Origin: an uncultured Planctomycetaceae bacterium
GTDB lineage: Bacteria; Planctomycetota; Planctomycetia; Planctomycetales; Planctomycetaceae
NCBI GenBank assembly: GCA_963815195.1
Contig: CAWFGE010000015.1
Coordinates: forward strand, 384,001-448,000
Length of the DNA: 64,000 bases
Direction of reading: 5' to 3'
Below are positions 61,102 to 64,000 of this stretch, in pieces. The stretch's first letter is position 1. Every line of letters begins with the position of its first letter. Made by a program: the position numbers and the translations under genes. The notes beneath the pieces are model-generated. The model saw only the letters and a list, made by a program, of their open reading frames with translations, searched no databases and was not told the DNA's origin.

Positions 61102-62547
61102 ATGCCGCAATCGACGTTTGATTTTCAGGCCCGGCGTTCCTTTTTGAAGCATGCGGGGCTGGGGTGCGGAAGCCTCGCCTTGACGAGTTTGCTGAACGAG
61201 GAAGGGTTGCTTTCGCCCGCCGCTGCCCGATCGCCGGGTTTGATGCAACCGCAAGCCCCGCATTTTGCTCCCCAGGCAAAGGCGGTGATTTGGCTGTTTA
61301 TGCCCGGCAGCCCATCGCAAGTGGACACCTTCGATTACAAACCCGAGCTGCAAAAACGCGATGGGACAAAGCTGGACGGGGCCGATCCCAAAACGGGCTT
61401 CTTCACCACCAGCGGAAAATGCCTCAAGTCGCCTTTCCGATTTCAGCAGCATGGCTTATCGGGGGCGTGGGTTTCGGAGATCTTCCCGCACATGTCCCGG
61501 CATGTGGACAAGATGGCCTTGCTTTACTCTTGCTACTCCCAATCCAACAATCACACCCCGGCCATGCTGGAGATGAACTCCGGCATGTTTTTGCAAGGTC
61601 GTCCGTGCGTCGGTTCGTGGGTCACATACGGCTTGGGCAGCGAGAATCAAAACCTGCCGGGCTTTGTGGTCCTGCATGGGGCGATGCCCCGCGGCGGCAA
61701 GCCGATCTGGTCGCCGGGCTTTTTGCCGAAAGCGTATCAGCCGACGGCAATCGATGGCCGCAATCAAACGCCTATCGCCGATTTGGCCCGCCCTCAAGGC
61801 ATGACGGAACAACAACAGCGGGCTCAGCTCGACATCCTCAAGGCGATGAACCAAAAGCACCAACAGCTCAGGCCCCACGAAGCCGACCTCGCCGCCCGGT
61901 TGGAATCCTTCGAGTTGGCTTACCGCATGCAAACCGCCGCACCGGAAGCGATGGATATCAGCCAAGAATCCCAAGCGACCCAAAAAGCCTACGGCGTGGA
62001 TCAGAATGAGACCGAACTCGTCGCCAAACAGTGCATCACGGCTCGGCGGCTCATCGAACGCGGGGTGCGGTTCGTGCAATTGTACGCGGGCACCAACGGG
62101 GGCGGTGGTGGTGTGGCGGATGTTCCGTGGGATGGTCACAACGACATCGGCGGGAACCACCGCATTGCCGCCAAAAGCGTCGATCAACCCATTGGGGCCT
62201 TGCTCGCCGATTTGGAGTCCCGCGGTCTACTGCAAGAGACCCTGGTGGTTTGGGGCGGCGAGTTCGGCCGGACATCCGATTCCCAAGGCAGCAAGGGCCG
62301 CGATCACAATCCCCACGCTTTCACGATGTGGATGGCCGGCGGCGGCATCCGGGGCGGCATCCAATACGGAGCGAGTGATGAGTTCGGTTACAAGGCCGTG
62401 GAGAATCGCATCGGCGTCAACGACCTTCACGCCACGATCTTGCATTTATTGGGTATCGATCACGAGCGTTTGACCTACCGCTTCAATGGTCGGGATTATC
62501 GCTTGACCGATGTCGCCGGCCGCGTGATCTCGGAAATCCTGGCCTAG
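61102..62547 (+). CDS. DUF1501 domain protein
   Basis: ARRSFL twin-arginine-like motif, GSPSQVDTFDYKP, EFGRT, RLTDVAG. Canonical partner of the upstream DUF1553 gene. Confidence 0.92.
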   Translation: MPQSTFDFQARRSFLKHAGLGCGSLALTSLLNEEGLLSPAAARSPGLMQPQAPHFAPQAKAVIWLFMPGSPSQVDTFDYKPELQKRDGTKLDGADPKTGFFTTSGKCLKSPFRFQQHGLSGAWVSEIFPHMSRHVDKMALLYSCYSQSNNHTPAMLEMNSGMFLQGRPCVGSWVTYGLGSENQNLPGFVVLHGAMPRGGKPIWSPGFLPKAYQPTAIDGRNQTPIADLARPQGMTEQQQRAQLDILKAMNQKHQQLRPHEADLAARLESFELAYRMQTAAPEAMDISQESQATQKAYGVDQNETELVAKQCITARRLIERGVRFVQLYAGTNGGGGGVADVPWDGHNDIGGNHRIAAKSVDQPIGALLADLESRGLLQETLVVWGGEFGRTSDSQGSKGRDHNPHAFTMWMAGGGIRGGIQYGASDEFGYKAVENRIGVNDLHATILHLLGIDHERLTYRFNGRDYRLTDVAGRVISEILA

Positions 62548-62701
62548 TTCTGCCCATCACCGCAAACCCTAGCACTTCTATGCGCACTTCCCGCGTGATG
62601 TGGAACCGCAAGTATGTTGCATCTCATCCGGCGGCCAATGGGCTGTTTCCTTTCGCAGGAACGCAGCCCATGTCGAGCAGAAATTGTGAAACGTCCGCCC
62701 G

Positions 62702-64000
62702 TCATTCCGCGGGCGATGCGATTTCGGGGACGGGGCGGGGTTCGACTTTTTCGCCGTCTTCGAGATTGGCTTCCGGGGCGATAATCACGTCTTCGCCGGC
62801 TTCGACGCCGGCGAGAATTTCGGCGCGGAAATCGTTGAGCAGGCCGACGTCCACGTTCACCCGCCGGGCCCGGCCGTCGCGGACGACGAATACCTGCCAG
62901 TTCCCGTCGCTGCCGCGGAACAACGCCGAGCGGGGAATGCGGAGCGTGTTTGACCGCTGGCCGGTGAAGATGCGAACCCGCACGCGGTAGTCCGCGCCCA
63001 AGACCCGGCCGCGTTTTTGGAGTTCCTCGAGTTCCCCCGGCCGAAAGGCGATCACCACCCGCACCCGCTGCTGTTCCACGCCCAGCGATGAGATCTTTGT
63101 AAAACCCTGCGGCTCGATGCGCTTGATGAGTCCCTGCACGGACCGACTGCCGATCGCCGGCCCGACGATTTCCACGGAGAACCCGTCCCGCATCACGACC
63201 GCATCCTCAGACAGGATCTCCGCCTCGACTTCGAGCTGTTCCATCCGGCCGATTTCCAAGAGGACTTCGCCCGCCGGCAGCACGCGCTGGTTGGAGACAT
63301 GCCGCTCGAGCACCGTCCCATCCACGGGGCTTTGAAGTTCGCTCCGCGCGAGGTCGCGTTCCAACTGCTCCAATTCGAAGCGGGCTTCGGCGAGTTCCTG
63401 ATCGAGCACCGCCTTCTCGAGGCTTTTCTTTTCGATGTATTTCTCGATCGATTCGCGGCCGACGACCATCGCACTCCGGACGGATTCCAGCGAACTCAAG
63501 GTCAGCATGTCCTTGGCGTAATCCACCCGGCTCTGCTTCTGCAGCAGGTCCGCCTCGGCGATTTCTCGGTCGGTGGTGGCGTTTTTGGCTTTGAGACGCT
63601 CCTGGCGGGCGAACTCGGATTCCGCAAACTCGACCTTGGCTTTGCTGGCGGTGGTTTGCTCCGCCGCGGCCCGCACCGTGTCGTTCATGGACCTTAAAAA
63701 CTCGTCGAACTGCTTAAGGGCGTTGTCCTCCAGGCGGGTGTCGTTATTCTGGACGATCTGTTTTTCCAACCGGGCCACGCGGGCTTTGCCTTTCGCAACC
63801 GAAGTCTCCAGGTCGGCCGCTTCCAGCCGGGCCACGACTTGCCCCTTCTTCACCGGGTCGCCCGCAATCAACGCGATGGGCAGCACCCGGCCTTCCAGGG
63901 GCATCGTGATTTTATACACCTCGGGCAGCCGGGTTTTGGCCTGTTCCTCGACAAACGTGGAAATCGAGCCGACCTCCGCCCGGCCGACGTCCACGGGCGT
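62702..64000 (-). CDS. Efflux RND/ABC periplasmic adaptor (HlyD family), 5' end outside the window
   Basis: Lipoyl half-motifs (GDPVKKGQ, SPVDGTVL), coiled coil, KISSLGVEQQRV. Confidence 0.88.
   Translation of the reverse strand, partial: TPVDVGRAEVGSISTFVEEQAKTRLPEVYKITMPLEGRVLPIALIAGDPVKKGQVVARLEAADLETSVAKGKARVARLEKQIVQNNDTRLEDNALKQFDEFLRSMNDTVRAAAEQTTASKAKVEFAESEFARQERLKAKNATTDREIAEADLLQKQSRVDYAKDMLTLSSLESVRSAMVVGRESIEKYIEKKSLEKAVLDQELAEARFELEQLERDLARSELQSPVDGTVLERHVSNQRVLPAGEVLLEIGRMEQLEVEAEILSEDAVVMRDGFSVEIVGPAIGSRSVQGLIKRIEPQGFTKISSLGVEQQRVRVVIAFRPGELEELQKRGRVLGADYRVRVRIFTGQRSNTLRIPRSALFRGSDGNWQVFVVRDGRARRVNVDVGLLNDFRAEILAGVEAGEDVIIAPEANLEDGEKVEPRPVPEIASPAE

Noticed and set aside
1..64000. 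tRNA, rRNA, riboswitch or prophage genes
   Set aside because: None recognised by eye. A covariance-model search would be needed to exclude small RNAs.

Overview
GC-rich bacterial DNA that is almost certainly from a planctomycete. It carries two DUF1501 genes, two PSD1/DUF1553 cytochrome-c genes, fhcC, a BatA/vWA gene and HEAT proteins. About 35 genes can be supported: carbohydrate and other catabolic enzymes, signalling genes (REC-PAS-PP2C, FHA, STAS), transporters, and an anaerobic sulfatase maturase. I found no rRNA, tRNA or CRISPR array. Two regions stand out. (1) An AT-richer island at about 22.4-29.9 kb, with a satellite at 4.05-5.47 kb, where REP/REPIN elements of several families bound short foreign DNA pieces. 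These include orphan polymorphic-toxin C-termini with downstream immunity-like genes, an Rhs YD fragment, istB and hicB stumps, and an IS4. Where repeat copies can be aligned, most junctions end at a CT dinucleotide. The interiors of two REPIN families keep what looks like the start of a RAYT gene (MPNYRRA / MPNWR). Together these suggest REP/RAYT-driven gene-cassette capture (inference). (2) A six-gene minus-strand locus at 32.4-46.5 kb centred on a Zn-finger TRAFAC-like GTPase and a GAP1-N2 protein. It also has a duplicated extracytoplasmic paralog and a 1348-aa membrane-anchored mosaic protein, resembling GTPase-centred conflict systems. At least eight genes carry apparent single-base frameshifts, most likely sequencing indels. 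All family names come from motif recognition, not database searches.
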